Shown here one piece after another: positions 27,067 through 40,165 of a stretch of 64,000 bases of DNA. The position numbers were made by a program, and so were the translations under genes. The stretch's first letter is position 1; every line of letters begins with the position of its first letter. The stretch is from Mobula hypostoma (Eukaryota), in contig NC_086097.1 of assembly GCF_963921235.1 (NCBI RefSeq), forward strand, positions 115,632,001 through 115,696,000, read 5' to 3'. The notes beneath the pieces are model-generated. The model was not told where the DNA came from and did not search any database. It saw only the letters and a list, made by a program, of their open reading frames with translations.

Positions 27067-27534
27067 CATGGATGGATATATCAGAATGGGAAAGGGAAGT
27101 GGAATTAAAATGGGTGGCCACTGGGAGATCAAAGTGCTGATTTTAGATCTCATTGTTATGTTAACAGTTATTGTATTAAAATTCAAAGTTCAAAGTACAT
27201 ATATTATCAATGTATACATTATACAACCTTGAAATCCGTCTCCTTACAGGCAGCCACAAAATAGGAAAACCAAAAGAACCCACAAAAAAGAAGTCTGACA
27301 AACACCCAATGCGCAGAAAGAGGGGAAAAAACAAATCGTGCAAACAATAAAAATAACTTAGAACAAAAGTGAGTCCTCAGACACGAAGCCCGGAACAGCC
27401 CATAGCCTCTGCCTCAGTGCAGAGAAGAGTGGTGTAAATGTCATGACACCTCAAGCAGAACTGGCCCTACCCTCGACTCTGGTCCTGACACCCTGCCTTT
27501 TCAGTCCATCTGGCCTGGTGTTTATATCGTCCAA

Positions 27535-29470
27535 GCATAAGACCATAAGGCATAGGAGCAAAATTAGGCCATCTGACCAGTTGAGTCTGCTCTGCCATTC
27601 AATTATGGATGATCCTTTATTTCCCTCCTCAACCCCACTCCCTAGCCTTCTCTCTCTAACCTTTGATGCCGAGTCCAATCAAGATCCTATCAATCTCTGC
27701 CCTAAATAGCTCCAACAACCTGGCCTCCACAGCTGCCTGAGATAATAAATTCCACAAATTCACCACTCTCTGGCTAAAGAAATTTCTCTGCATCTCTGTT
27801 TTAAATTGACACCCTTCTATCCTGAGGCAGTGCCCTCTTGTCCTCGACTCACCCACAATTGGAAACATCTGTCTAACATCTTCTACTCTGTCTAGGCTTT
27901 TCAACATTGCAAATGTTTCAATGAGATCCCCCCGTTCATCTCTCTAAATTTCAGCGAGTACAGACCCAGACCTATTAAATGTTCCTCATATGATAACTCT
28001 TTTGTCCCTGGAATCATCTTTGTGAACCTCTTCCGAATCCTCTCCAATGCCAGCACATCTTTTCTTAGATGAGGAGCCCAAAACAGTTCACAATACTCAA
28101 GGTGAGGCCTCACCGGTGCCTCATAAAGACACAACATTCCATCCTTGCCGTTGTATTCTAGACCTCCTGAAATGAATGCTAACATTGCATCTGCCTTCCT
28201 CACCACCTACTCTACCTGTAAGGTACCTTTTAGGTTGTTTTGTACAAGGACTCCCAAGGCCCTTTGCATCTCAGATTTTTGGATTTTCTCCCTGTTTAGA
28301 AAATAGTCTGCGCATTTATTTCTACGAGCAAAGTGCATGACCATGCATTTTCCAACATTGTGTTTCTTTTGCCACTTTCTTGCCCATTGTCCTAATCTAT
28401 CTAAGTCCTTCTGCAGCCTACCTGTTTCGTCAATACCATCTGCCAATCTTCATATCAACTGCAAACTTGGCAACAAAGTCATCTATTCCATCATCTAAAT
28501 CATTTATATGCAGCATAAAAAGAAGTGGTCCCAACACCGACCCCTGCAAAACATCACTAGTTACTGGCAGCCAACCAGAAAAGGATCCTTTTATTCAACT
28601 CACTACCTCCTACCAATCAGCCAATGCTCTAACCATGCCAGTAACTTTCCTGTAATACCATGGGCTTTTAACTTGGTAAGCAACCTCTTGCATGGCACCT
28701 TGTCAAAGGCCATCTGAAAGTCCAAATATACAACATCTGCTGCATCCCCTTTATCTATCCTATGGATTCTTTTGGGTTTTGTGTTTTGTGGCTGCCTGCA
28801 AGCTATTCTCCTCAAAGAACTCCAATAGGTTCGTCAGGCAAGATTTTCCCTTAAGGAACCATGCTGACTTGGTCTTATCTTGCCTTTTGTCACCCGGTAC
28901 TCCATAAGGTCATCCTTAAAAATTGATTTCAACATCTACCTAACCAGGCTAACTGTTCTATAATTTCCTTTTTGCTGTCTTCCTCCTTTCTTAATATGTG
29001 GAGTGACATATGCAATTTTCCAGTCGTCTGGCACCATGCCAGAGTACAATGATTATTGAAAGATCATTACTAATGCCTCCACGATCTCTACCGCTGGCCC
29101 TTTCAGAACCCTAGGGTGCGTGTCATCTGGTCTGGGTGACTTATGTACCCTCAAGTCCTTCAGTTTCTTGAGCACCTTCTCTATTGTAATAGTAACTGTG
29201 CTCACTTCTCATTCTTCATACCCGGCAGCATCTGGCACACTAATAGTGTCTTCCACAGTGAAGACTGATGCAAAATACTCATTTAGTTCATCTACCATCT
29301 CCTTGGTCTCCATTATTATTTCTCCAACCTCATTTTCTGGTGGTCCTATATCCACTTACAGCTTTCTTTTATATTTTACATACTTAAAAAAGCCTTTTAT
29401 GATCCACGTTGATATTGCCTGCTAGCTTGCTTTCATATTTATTCTTTCCTCTCCTCATGATTCTTTTAGT
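27535..29470 (-). mobile_element. Decayed CR1 ORF2 (RT) with 3' end
   Basis: Fragmented ORFs with YLDFQMAFDKVP, RPHLEYC and NFFSQRVVNLWN; (CATAAG) tail. Confidence 0.9.
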
Positions 29471-29911
29471 TGGACCTGCGAGAAACCTCGTTGCTGTGGC
29501 CTGCTCCTGCCACTGATTGGGTTGACAGATCATTCCTTGCTTTAAGACTTGAGCCAAGTATCTTTGATACATTCTGGGTAGAAGGCATTACCAAAGATGT
29601 GCGAGAGGTTGCTAGTAAATCATAAGTATGAGAATCGATTATCAACATTACTTGTAACATCGTTCATGAAGCAAATTGCTATGAACTGTCACTGCAGACA
29701 GTGAGGAGGCAGGCAGAGCAGAGGCTGGTTCAGGGGATGATCCATGCTGGGGCATTGCAGGGCACAAGTTGTTTGAGCCGTAGATGGATCCAGAGTTCAT
29801 ATCGCTGCCAGAGGTGGAGCGAGCAACTTGGAGAGGAATCGAAGAGCGGAGTCAATGCATGCCCACCTAACCCGGATGTGAGGTTAGATGGCTCCAAGCA
29901 CTGAGCTGATT

Positions 29912-32900
29912 TAGAACCATAGAATCATAGAAACTACAGCACAGAAACAGGCCCTTTGGCCCTTCTTGGCTGTGCCGAACCATTTTCTGCCTAGTCCCAC
30001 TGACCCGCACACGGACCATATCCCTCCATACACCTCCCATCCATGTATCTGTCCAATTTATTCTTAAATGTTAAAAAAGAACCCACATTTACCACCTCGT
30101 CTGGCAGCTCATTCCATACTCCCACCACTCTCCATGTGAAGAAGCCCCCTCTAATGTTCCCTTTAAACTTTTCCCCCCTCACCCTTAACCCATGTCCTCT
30201 GTTTTTTTTCTCCCTTTGCCTCAGTGGAAAAAGCCTGCTTGCATTCACTCTATCTATACCCATCATAATTTTATATACCTCTATCAAATCTCCCCTCATT
30301 CTTCTACACTCCAGGGAATAAAGTCCTAACCTATTCAACCTTTCTCTGTAACTGAGTTTCTCAAGTCCCGGCAACATCCTTGTAAACCTTCTCTGCACTC
30401 TTTCAACCTTATTTATATCCTTCCTGTAATTTGGTGACCAAAACTGAACACAATACTCCAGATTCAGCCTCACCAATGCCTTATACAACCTCATCATAAC
30501 ATTCCAGCTCTTATACTCAATACTTCGATTAATAAAGGCCAATGTACCAAAAGCTCTCTTTACGACCCTATCTACCTGTGACGACACTTTTAGGGAATTT
30601 TGTATCTGTATTCCCAGATCCCTCTGTTCCACTGCACTCCTCAGTGCCTTACCATTAACCCTGTATGTTCTACCTTGGTTTGTCCTTCCAACGTGCAATA
30701 CCTCACACTTGTCAGTATTAAGCTCCATCTGCCATTTTTCAGCCCATTTTTCCAGCTGGTCCAAGTCCCTCTGCAGGCTCTGAAAACCTTCCTCACTGCC
30801 TACTACACCTCCAATCTTTGTATCATCAGCAAACTTGCTGATCCAATTTACCACATTATCATCCAGATCATTGATATAGATGACAAATAACAATGGACCC
30901 AGCACTGATCCCTGTGGCACACCACTAGTCACAGGCCTCCACTCAGAGAAGCAATTCTCTACCACCACTCTCTGGCTTCTTCCATCGAGCCAATGACTAA
31001 TCTAATTTACCACCTCTCCATGTATACCTAGTGACTGAATTTTCCTAACTAACCTCCCATGCGGGACCTTGTCAAAGGCCTTACTGAAGTCCATGTAGAC
31101 AATATCCACTGCCTTCCCTTCATCCACTTTCCTCGTAACCTCCTCGAAAAACTCCAGCAGATTGGTCAAACATGACCTACCACGCACAAAGCCATGTTGA
31201 CTCTCCCTAATAAGCCCCTGTCTATCCAAATGCTTGGAGATTCTGTCTCTTAGTACTCCCTCCAATAACTTACCTACTACTGACTTTAAACTCACCGGCC
31301 TATAATTTCCCGGATTACTTTTCGATCCTTTTTTAAACAACGGAACAACATGAGCCACTCTCCAATCCTCCGGCACTTCACCCGTAGAGAGCGACATTTT
31401 AAATATTTCAGCCAGGGCCCTTGCAATTTCAACACTAGTCTCCTTCAAGGTCCGAGGGAACACTCTGTCAGGTCCCGGGGATTTTAATTTTAATTTTCCC
31501 ACTTTAATTTTCCTCAAGACAGCAAGCACCTCCTCCTTTTCAATCTGTACAGTTTCCATGGTCTCACTACTTGATTCCCTCAATTCCATAGATTTCATGC
31601 CAGCTTCCTTAGTAAATACAGACGCAGAAAACCTATTTAAGATCTCCCCCATTTCCTTTGGTTCCACACAAAGCTGACCACTCTGATCTTCAAGAGTACC
31701 AATTTTATCCCTTACAATCCTTTTGCTCTTAATATACTTGTAAAAGCTCTTTGGATTATCCTTCACTTTGACTGCCAAGGCAACCTCATGTCTTCTTTTA
31801 GCCCTCCTGATTTCTTTCTTAAGTATTTTCTTGCACTTCTTATACTCCTCAAGCACCTGATTTACCCCCTGTTTCCTATACATTTCATACAACTCCCTCT
31901 TCTTCTTTATTAGAGTTGCAATATCCCTTGAGAACCAAGGTTCCTTATTCCTATTCAATTTGCCTTTAATCCTGACAGGAACATACAAACTCTGTACTCT
32001 CAAAATTTCCCCTTTGAAGGCTTCCCACCTACCAATCACATCTTTGCCAGAGAACAACCTGTCCCAATCCACGCTTTTTAGATCCTTTCTCATTTCTTCA
32101 AATTTGGCCTTCTTCCAGTTCAGAACCTCAATCCTAGGACCAGATCTATCCTTGTCCATGATCAAATTGAAACTAATGGTGTTATGATCACTGGAACCAA
32201 AGTGCTCCCCTACACAGACCTCTGTCACTTGCCCTAATTCGTTTCCTAACAGGAGATCCAATAATGCATCCCCTCCAGTTGGTCCCTCTATATATTGATT
32301 TAGAAAACTTTCCTGAACACATTTTACAAACTCTAAACCATCTAGACCCCTAACAGTATGGGAGTCCCAATCAATATATGGAAAATTAAAATCCCCTACC
32401 ACCACAACTTTATGTTTCCTGCAGTTGCCTGCTATCTCTCTGCAGATTTGCTCTTCCAAGTCTTGTTGACTATTGGGTGGTCTGTAATACAATCCCACTA
32501 ATGTGGCCATACCTTTCCTGTTTCTCAGCTCCACCCATAAGGACTCAGTAGACAAGCCCTCTAATCTGTCCTGCCTGAGCACTGCTGTAATATTTTCCCT
32601 AACAAGCAATGCTACTTCCCCACCTTTCATTCCTCTGCCTCGATCACATCTGAAACATCGGAACCCTGGAATATTAAGCTGCCAGTCCTGCCCCTCCTGT
32701 AGCCAAGTTTCACTAATTGCTACAACATCATAATTCCACGTGTCAATCCACACCCTCAACTCATCCGCCTTCCCCGCAATACTCCTTGCATTGAAATATA
32801 TACACCTCAGAAGATTTTTACCACCACTCACAACCTTTCTATCAGCGGATTTGCTTAAACTTTCAACATCATTTATTTTCACCCCAGCCACACTGTCAGC

Positions 32901-32932
32901 TCTGGCACTCTGGTTCCCATCCCCCTGCAAAT
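29912..32932 (-). mobile_element. CR1 LINE with near-intact ORF2 (APE endonuclease + RT), one premature stop
   Basis: ORFs 31002..32930 and 29991..30968 are in the same frame, separated by one TAG (31002-31004) at a conserved Trp; all APE and RT motifs present including FADDTK; (ACCATAGA) tail. Confidence 0.95.
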
Positions 32933-33500
32933 TCTGGTCGGCTTAGCGAACAGAGTGGTGGACACCGCTGCTGAAATCCGGAGGAAAACACACAAAGGGG
33001 GATCTCAAAGCCGAGGAAAGAGGACCGGGTCGAGACAACAGAGACCTTTGGAGAAGAGGAGTTCGGTGGGTAATACCGTTCCGCCTGACCAGAAGTGCAT
33101 CGAGAGTGGTAAGCGGTGTGAAGGAGTGGGGTGCTTACTGATCTGGTTAACATCGGATGGTGCAATCCGGGGTATATTACGATCGAGGAACGTGTTTGCA
33201 GACTGGATATTGAACTTTTTACTGTTGGACTTCGGCCACATTCCACCGTGATACAACACTTGGCGGCACGGGAGATCGTTCCTGCCTGTGGCCATCGAAC
33301 GTGCAGCTCCTCCTGTGGAGGGTCAGACACCCTGAGCCAATAGAATGGTCCTGGACTTATTTTCCATCTGGCTTAGTTTGCATTTTGTTGTTTGATTGTT
33401 GGGTATTTTTGTATTGCTATATTTACGCTCTATGGTTGGTGAGGCTGTAACAAAACCAAATTTCCCTCGGGATTAATAAAGTATATCTATTTATCTGTCT
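32933..33500 (+). mobile_element. Internally deleted Rex1/Babar derivative
   Basis: Endonuclease remnant (ESGKR..G; LVNIGWCNPGYITIEERVCRLDIELFTVGLRP) joined directly to a 3' end with tail aatttccctcgggattaataaagtatatctat. Confidence 0.7.
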
Positions 33501-33727
33501 AAAATCTTCTCCGTGGTGGGGAGGGGGACCCACTGCTCAAACAGTGGGTACTGGCAGCTAAACTCTCCATGTAATACAAACAAGGAAGTGAACAAGTCTT
33601 TGAAGATTGGGTAGTTACACTATAACCTCCCTTTAGTGAGGGTGCCCATGGATACTTATATCTGATAGGGCTTGAGGTCTTCGTTTGAGTTTAGAACTTT
33701 GCGGTCAGCAAACCCAATACCGTCACA
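33500..33727 (+). mobile_element. 3' fragment of the LTR family at 54537-56049
   Basis: Shares ggcagctaaact, aacaagtctttgaagatt and ttagaactttgcg..cagcaaaccca..acc(g/a)tcaca with 55575-56049. Confidence 0.7.
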
Positions 33728-34319
33728 CTGCAAATGATCCTGCTTGATTATGAAGTGAACTGAGGAACTGAGTGGCTGATCCCTCCTCCTTCCTCTTTGT
33801 CATAGTCTTGTATTTTCCGAGTTCTCCTGAATCCAGCAGCAAAATCTATAATGCAAACATTTGTGTTCAGTATGCAATACAGTTAGTGTTCACTCTGTCA
33901 TTTTCAATTCTGCCATGCCTAATTGTACTGACACATCATTTCATATTGAACAGATTTAATTTCTTCTTCCATTTGTATGAATTCCATTGAGATATGGTGA
34001 ATTCATATCCTGTACTTGGTTTTCTGCCCTTTATGAGAGCCACTAATCTGGATAACCAGGTGTATGAAGTACCTATGGTGTCTAAGAGGAGCCAATAGTT
34101 ATAAGCATTTGTAAGCATTCAGAGAGGATATGGAAACACAGGTAGAGATAGAGGGTGAATGTTGAGGAAAGGATGGCATGGGAGAACAGAGAGGACGGAG
34201 AGAGAGGGTGAGCGGGATGTGGATGCTGTACCACATCAGCAGTCAATGACCAGAAAAAGTGCAACAAATTAAAGTGAACGCTGGATTTTAGCCAAAATAT
34301 TCTGGACAACAGCTTTCAT

Positions 34320-34600
34320 TGCATTTTCCTTGCCTTTCTCCCCTGTCTTTCCCTGTCTCTCACTTCTTAGCTTTCTTGCTCTCTCATGTCCCCTCTTCTC
34401 AATCACCCCATCCAACTGTCTCTCTCTTTCTCCCTATTCCCTGTTCTTCATTATTCCCATCCCTTATTTCTCTCCCTCTTCACTCTCCCCTCTTTTCCTT
34501 CTCTTTCTCACTCTCTCTGTCACTTTCGCTTTTAACCTTCTTCTTCTTTCACACTCATTCTCTACCTTTTATCTGTCCTCTCCCTTTTCACTCTCTCTCC
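34320..34600. repeat. Polypyrimidine (CT-rich) low-complexity tract
   Basis: Almost only C and T on the plus strand for ~280 bp; source of spurious S/L/P/F-rich ORFs. Confidence 0.8.
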
Positions 34601-35274
34601 AACTGTTCCTGACCCTGGTGTTATGGCACCCATGGCTCCTGTACCTCATTCCTGATGGCAGCAATGAGAACAGAGCATGGCCTGGATGATGCGAGTTCTT
34701 GATGATGGATGTTGCATTCCTGTGGCAGTGACGTTTGTAGATGTGCTCAATGGTGGAGAGGGCTTTTCCTGTGATGGACTGAATTGTGTCCATCACTTTT
34801 GTAGGCTTTTCCATTCTTGGGCATTGGATTCATCAGCTGCATGGAGAAGGGGAGCTTGCTGCATGGACTACAGCTTGCTGTCCCTATCCTCCTGCCCTGG
34901 CTTGTGTATCATGTTGGCAGCTAGGACACAGCATCCATTGTCAATCCCGACCAATGGAGGGCCGCAACTATTCCTTTGAATCTCTTTTCATTCAATGAAG
35001 AGATTAATTGTTTCCTGAAACATCATGAGTCATTTGTGGTGACACATGCAGGTGGCCAATTGTTAGGGTGAGATATGTGTTGGAATATGCAATTAACAGA
35101 TGTGAACTGACTCCAGGTACAAAACTCCTGGGGTAGCATGCAGGAAAACTTCACTTTTTCAGACCTGAATAAAACTGAAGTGAAAGATTTAGGGTAAAGG
35201 ATAAAAGATATAGAATGAATCTGAAGGGACTTTTATCACACAGAGAGCTTTGGGAAAATAAGATACTTAGAACA

Positions 35275-35475
35275 CTACACACAAAGTGTTGGAGGAACTA
35301 AGCAGTCAGGCAGGAACTGTAGAGTGGAATAAACAGTTAACACTTTGGTCTGAAGCTCTTCATCAGGACCCATTGACCAGTGATTTCCCTCCATAGATAC
35401 TGCCTGATTTGCTGTGCTTCTTCAGTATCTTGTGTGTGTTGCTTTGGAATCTGATCCCTGCTGGATCTCTTGTGC
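35275..35475. mobile_element. Old degenerate palindromic Penelope pLTR pair
   Basis: Antisense pLTR piece (35275-35370) followed by a sense piece (35375-35475), same layout as 48700-48937. Confidence 0.6.
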
Positions 35476-36299
35476 TTATTACTGAGAGTGCTTTACTTTT
35501 CAATCCAAATCAGTGACTGCACTTTAAAGAGTGTGACCATGGCCAGTGTGGGTTACTCCCATGTTTGGTTGCGAGCTGAAGGAGAATGCAAGCAGTCAGG
35601 TGCACAGACATCTGCCCTTCACTATGTAGTTACATGCCGCGATGCGTTACACCGAGGGAGAAATGCAACAGCCACAAGTACAAACTGACCTACTTACACT
35701 CATTATTTATTTATGAAATATCCATACATTTGCTGAGTTATGCCATGATTCCAGATGGTCCATAATTTACAGTTCTGCCAGTACCTCACAGAGAATGACA
35801 GAACTTGAGTACAGGAGATATTGCAGGTGTCAGAGATCTTGAGGAACACGTACAAATGCTGGAGGAACTCAGCAGGTCAGTTAGTATCTATGGAGGAGAA
35901 TAAACAGTTGGCTTTTTGGGCTGAGACCCTTCATCAGGCCTGGAGAGGAAAGGGAAAGAAACCACACCCCCTCCCCCACTTTCATGGTTCATGGGGGAAC
36001 CACAGGAATGATTTGATGATCCACTGTATTGCTTAGCAAGAGGACATTTTAAGCCAGATAATCAACGTATGGACAGGTTGAGCAAGATGGTAAGCCGGTA
36101 AATCTCTTTGTCACTGGAGTAAATAGTAGTGGCATGTTAAGAAATTTGGTATTGGTATTGTTATTAGTTTATTATTGCCATATGTACTGTACCAAGAAGA
36201 CGTCTTTCAAACTGCTTATAAAGATTAAATCATTATACAATACATTGAGCTAGAGTAAGTTAAAACAATACAATACAGAATAAAGTGTAAAATCTACCA

Positions 36300-37730
36300 A
36301 AAAACTGCAGTGCAGGTAAATGATAAAGTGGAGGATCAGAATGAGGCAGTTTGTAAGGCTAAGAGTTCATCTTATGGGACAGGAGATCCATTCAAAGAGC
36401 TGATAATGGTGGGATAGTAGTTGTCCATGAGCCTGATGGTACGTGATTTCAGGTCTTTGTATCTTCTGCCCAGGGGGAGAGAGGGAAAGAGAGAAGGTCT
36501 AGGGTGGGTCAGGTCTTTGACTATGTTGTCTGTTTTACTGAGGCAGTGAGAGGTATTGACAGAGTCCAGACTGAAGAGGTTGGTTCCTGTGATGTGTTGT
36601 AGTTCTTTGTGGTCACATGCAGAACATCTGCAACATTTAAGACAGAAAGCTTTCTTTGGTGCATGAATAAACTGGTAGGAGTCGATGAGGACATGCTGAG
36701 TTTCTTTAACCTCCTGAGGAAGAGGAAGTATTGTTGAGCTTTCTTGATGTGACATCAAATTGTAGTTTTATGAGGACGGACTACTGGTGATGCTCACACC
36801 CAGGAACTTGAAGCTGTCAACCCTCCCAACATCAACACTGTTGATGTAGACAGGAGCATGAGCACTGATGAGTTTGGTTAGAATAATAGTATTGAAGGCA
36901 AAACTATACTCAATAAACAATAATCTGATGTAGGTCTTTTTACTGTTCGGATGCTCCAGAGATGATTATAGGATTAGGGAAATGGCATCTGGCGTAGACA
37001 TGTTTTGGTAGTAGGCAAATTACAGTGGATCTAGGTTATCTGGAAAGCAGGAGTTAATGTGTGTCATGACCAGGTCTTGAAGCACTTCATGATGGTAGAT
37101 TTTAGAGCCATTATGTGGTAGCCATTAAGGCACACTATCTTGTTTCTCTTGAGAATCAGGATGACAGTGGTCTTCTTAAAATCTGAGGAAAGAAAGCCTG
37201 AAGCTGGGAGAGGTTATAAGTATCTGCAACTACCCTTGCCAACTGATCTGCACAAGACCTAAGGATATGGCCAGGGACACCATCCAGGCTCAATGCTCTC
37301 CACAGGTTCACCTTCCAGAAGGCTGATTTTGCACCCGCATCAGTGACTGTAGAAACAAGTGCACGAGAGACAGTTGGAGAGAGCAGTGATATATCCATTC
37401 CCTTCTAGTCCAAATGTGCATAGAATGTATTAAACTCATTGGGAAGGTATGTGCTGTTGTCGGCAATGCTGCCCAACTTTGGGTTTGTAACTTGTTATAG
37501 TATATATGCTCTGCCACAGCTAACAGCTGAACAAAGACTCAATTTTGGACTGGTACTGCTTTGCAACATCTCTGATAGCTTTATGGACATCATACTTCGA
37601 AATATCTTTATTTCTTTTAAAGGTCAGGGTCAGGTGATTTGAATGCTGTGGACCTAGATTTCAGCAGAGAGTGGATCTCTTGATTCATCCATGGTTTCTG
37701 GTTTGGAAACATACAGATTATCCTCTTTGG
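36300..37730 (-). mobile_element. Decayed Rex1/Babar LINE
   Basis: Remnants such as DGVPGHILRSCADQLARVVADTYNLS and LFPSLPLGRRYKDLKSRTIRL. Confidence 0.75.
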
Positions 37731-38238
37731 TACATAGTCCTCAACATAGTCTATGATGGCAGTGATATCTAGGTAGCTGAGTGTCTGAACGTGGAGAAGT
37801 CTATTGACTCAAAGCGATCATGTAAACACAAGAGATTCAACAGATGCTTTAAGTCCAGAGGGACTCAGCAGATCAGGCAGGATATCTGGAGAGGAACGAA
37901 CAGCTGATGTCTCTACTTCATCTACTTTTCCAGAAGGCTAAGGAGATTCAGAGTGCTTCTGATGATCATGGTAGCTTAACAGTTAATGAGACACTATTAC
38001 AGCTTGGGGAACCAAAGTTTGGAGTTCAACTCTGGTGCCATCTGTGAGCAGTTTGTAGGTCCTCCCTATGAATGTGTGGGTTTTCTCTGGATGCATCAGT
38101 TTCCTCCCACATTCCAAAGACATTTTGGTTAGTAGGTTCGTAAACGCCAGGAATTCTGCAGATGCTGGAAATTCAAGCAACACACATCAAAGTTGCTGGT
38201 GAACGCAGCAGGCCAGGCAGCATCTCTAGGAAGAGGTA

Positions 38239-38276
38239 CAGTCGACGTTTCAGGCCGGGACCCTTCATCAGGACTA
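38239..38276 (-). ncRNA. Minimal type I hammerhead ribozyme motif (PLE)
   Basis: tagtc-CTGATGA-agggtcccggcct-GAAA-c-GTC-gactg: conserved core, stems I and II, loopless stem III. Confidence 0.75.
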
Positions 38277-39248
38277 ACTGAAGGAAGAGCTAGTAAGAGA
38301 TTTGAAAGTGGGAGGGGGAGGGGGAGATCCAAAATGATAGGAGAAGACAGGAGGGGAGGGACGGAGCCAAGAGCTGGACAGTTGATTGGAAAAAAAGGAA
38401 TATGAGAGGATCATGGGACAGGAGGGCCAGGGAGAAGGAAAAGGGGGTGGGGGGGAAAACCCAGAAATGGGCAAGGGGTATAGTCAGAGGGACAGAGGGA
38501 GAAAAAGGAGAGAGAGAGAAAGAATGTGTGTATATAAATAAATAACGGATGGGGTACGAGGCAGAGGTGGGGTATTAGCGGAAGTTTGAGAAGTCAATGT
38601 TCATGCCATCAGGTTGGAGGCTATCCAGACGGAATATAAGGTGTTGTTCCTCCAACCTGTATACTGCGTCCGGTGCTCCAGATGTGGCCTTCTATATATT
38701 GGTGAGACCTGACGCAGACTGGGTGACCGTTTTGCTGAACACCTACGCTCTGTCCGCCAGAGAAAGCAGGATCTCCCAGTGGCCACACATTTTAATTCCA
38801 CATCCCATTCCCATTCTGATATGTCTATCCATGGCCTCCTCTACTGTAAAGATGAAGCCACACTCAGGTTGGAGGAACAACACCTTATATTCCGTCTGGG
38901 TAGCCTCCAACCTGACGGCATGAACATTGACTTCTCAAACTTCCGCTAATGCCTCACCTCCCCCTCGTACCCCATCTGTTATTTATTTATATACACACAT
39001 TCTTTCTCTCTCTCTCCTTTTTCTCCCTCTGTCCCTCTGACTATACCCCTTGCCCATCCTCTGGGTTTTTCCCCCCACCCCCTTTTCCTTCTCCCTGGGC
39101 CTCCTGTCCCATGATCTTCTCATATCCCTTTTTGACAATCACCTGTCCAGCTCTTTGCTCCATCCCTCCCCCTCCTGTCTTCTCCTATCATTTTGGATCT
39201 CCCCCTCCCCCTCCCACTTTCAAATCTCTTACTAGCTCTTCCTTCAGT

Positions 39249-39286
39249 TAGTCCTGACGAAGGGTCTCGGCCTGAAACGTCGACTG
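39249..39286 (+). ncRNA. Minimal type I hammerhead ribozyme motif (PLE)
   Basis: tagtc-CTGACGA-agggtctcggcct-GAAA-c-GTC-gactg; predicted cleavage after C39281. Confidence 0.75.
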
Positions 39287-40165
39287 TACCTCTTCCTAGA
39301 GGTGCTGTCTGGCCTGCTGCGTTCACCAGCAACTTTGATGTGTCTTGCTTGGTTAGTAGGTTAATTGGTTATTGTAAATTGTCCTGTGATTAGGCTAGGG
39401 TTAAATAAGTGGGTTGCTGGACAGGTCAGCTCATCGGGCCGGAGTGCCTGTTCCATGCTGTAGGTCTAAATGAATAATTTTTAAAATGATCAGATCAAAT
39501 TTGCAGAGGTTCCGTAACCAGTCAAGGATTGTGATGAATAACTAAGTAAGAATTCCCATCCAAACCAGTTGCACTCATGTCAACTTTTTCCTAGTTGTCA
39601 GAAATCTGATTCACAGGGTCGACAACAATGTTATTAGCTACCACTTATTCAGCAGTGACCTACTTGTTGCTCTTCAGTCTGAGCCACTCAGCTGCAGACC
39701 TCATTACAGTCTTGAGATTAGGGTAGCATTTAACTGAAAGTGATGCCAGAGAAATGTAGTAAAAGTGGAATTAATTAGTGTCATCCCTTAAGAAAGACGA
39801 GTGAAATGATTGTGTTTGTAGGAAATCAATTATATCAGTTTCAGGAGATTAAGGCAAAAGTTTCCCAGGACTGTGTCTCAGGACCAACTATTCTCAACTA
39901 TTTTATCAATGGTCTTCTTCCATTGATTATTGAACAGATTTTTAGTTCCTTTCAAAAAAGGCTGACCATCCATTTGTGCAATGGATACCACAGAAAAAGA
40001 CCTTGTAACACTTAGATCAGTACCTTTTGTCAAAAGGAAGTAAAAATTATTGTGAGATTATGCTACTAGATATTTATCAAAGAAGGAAGTGAATGCGTAT
40101 TAATCACAGAAAGTACAATAACAGTCATAACATACAAGAAACGGCTAAGAATCAACCTTTAAAAT

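Larger units (their letters stand above)
24785..27130 (-). mobile_element. Penelope fragment split by three later insertions (LTR, SINE, CR1)
   Basis: Segments 24785-24820, 25346-25534, 25836-26131 and 27067-27130 join into a pLTR plus GIY-YIG C-terminus (IHGLLHCHYGATLRLEEQHLIF..LQPDGMNIDFSN). Confidence 0.8.
38139..39348. mobile_element. Palindromic Penelope-like element: inverted pLTR arms around a GIY-YIG endonuclease fragment
   Basis: 14-bp TSD ttggttagtaggtt (38125-38138 and 39349-39362); ~480-bp inverted arms; plus strand 38657-38949 reads LYCVRCSRCGLLYIGET*RRLGDRFAEHLRSV...LQPDGMNIDFSNFR*. Confidence 0.9.
37965..39475 (+). mobile_element. HE1/V-type SINE split by the palindromic PLE
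   Basis: Head and V domain at 37965-38138 (gtgggttttctctggatgc...ttcctcccacattccaaagac); remainder at 39349-39475 (ggttagtaggttaattgg...cctgttccatgctgt). Confidence 0.8.
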
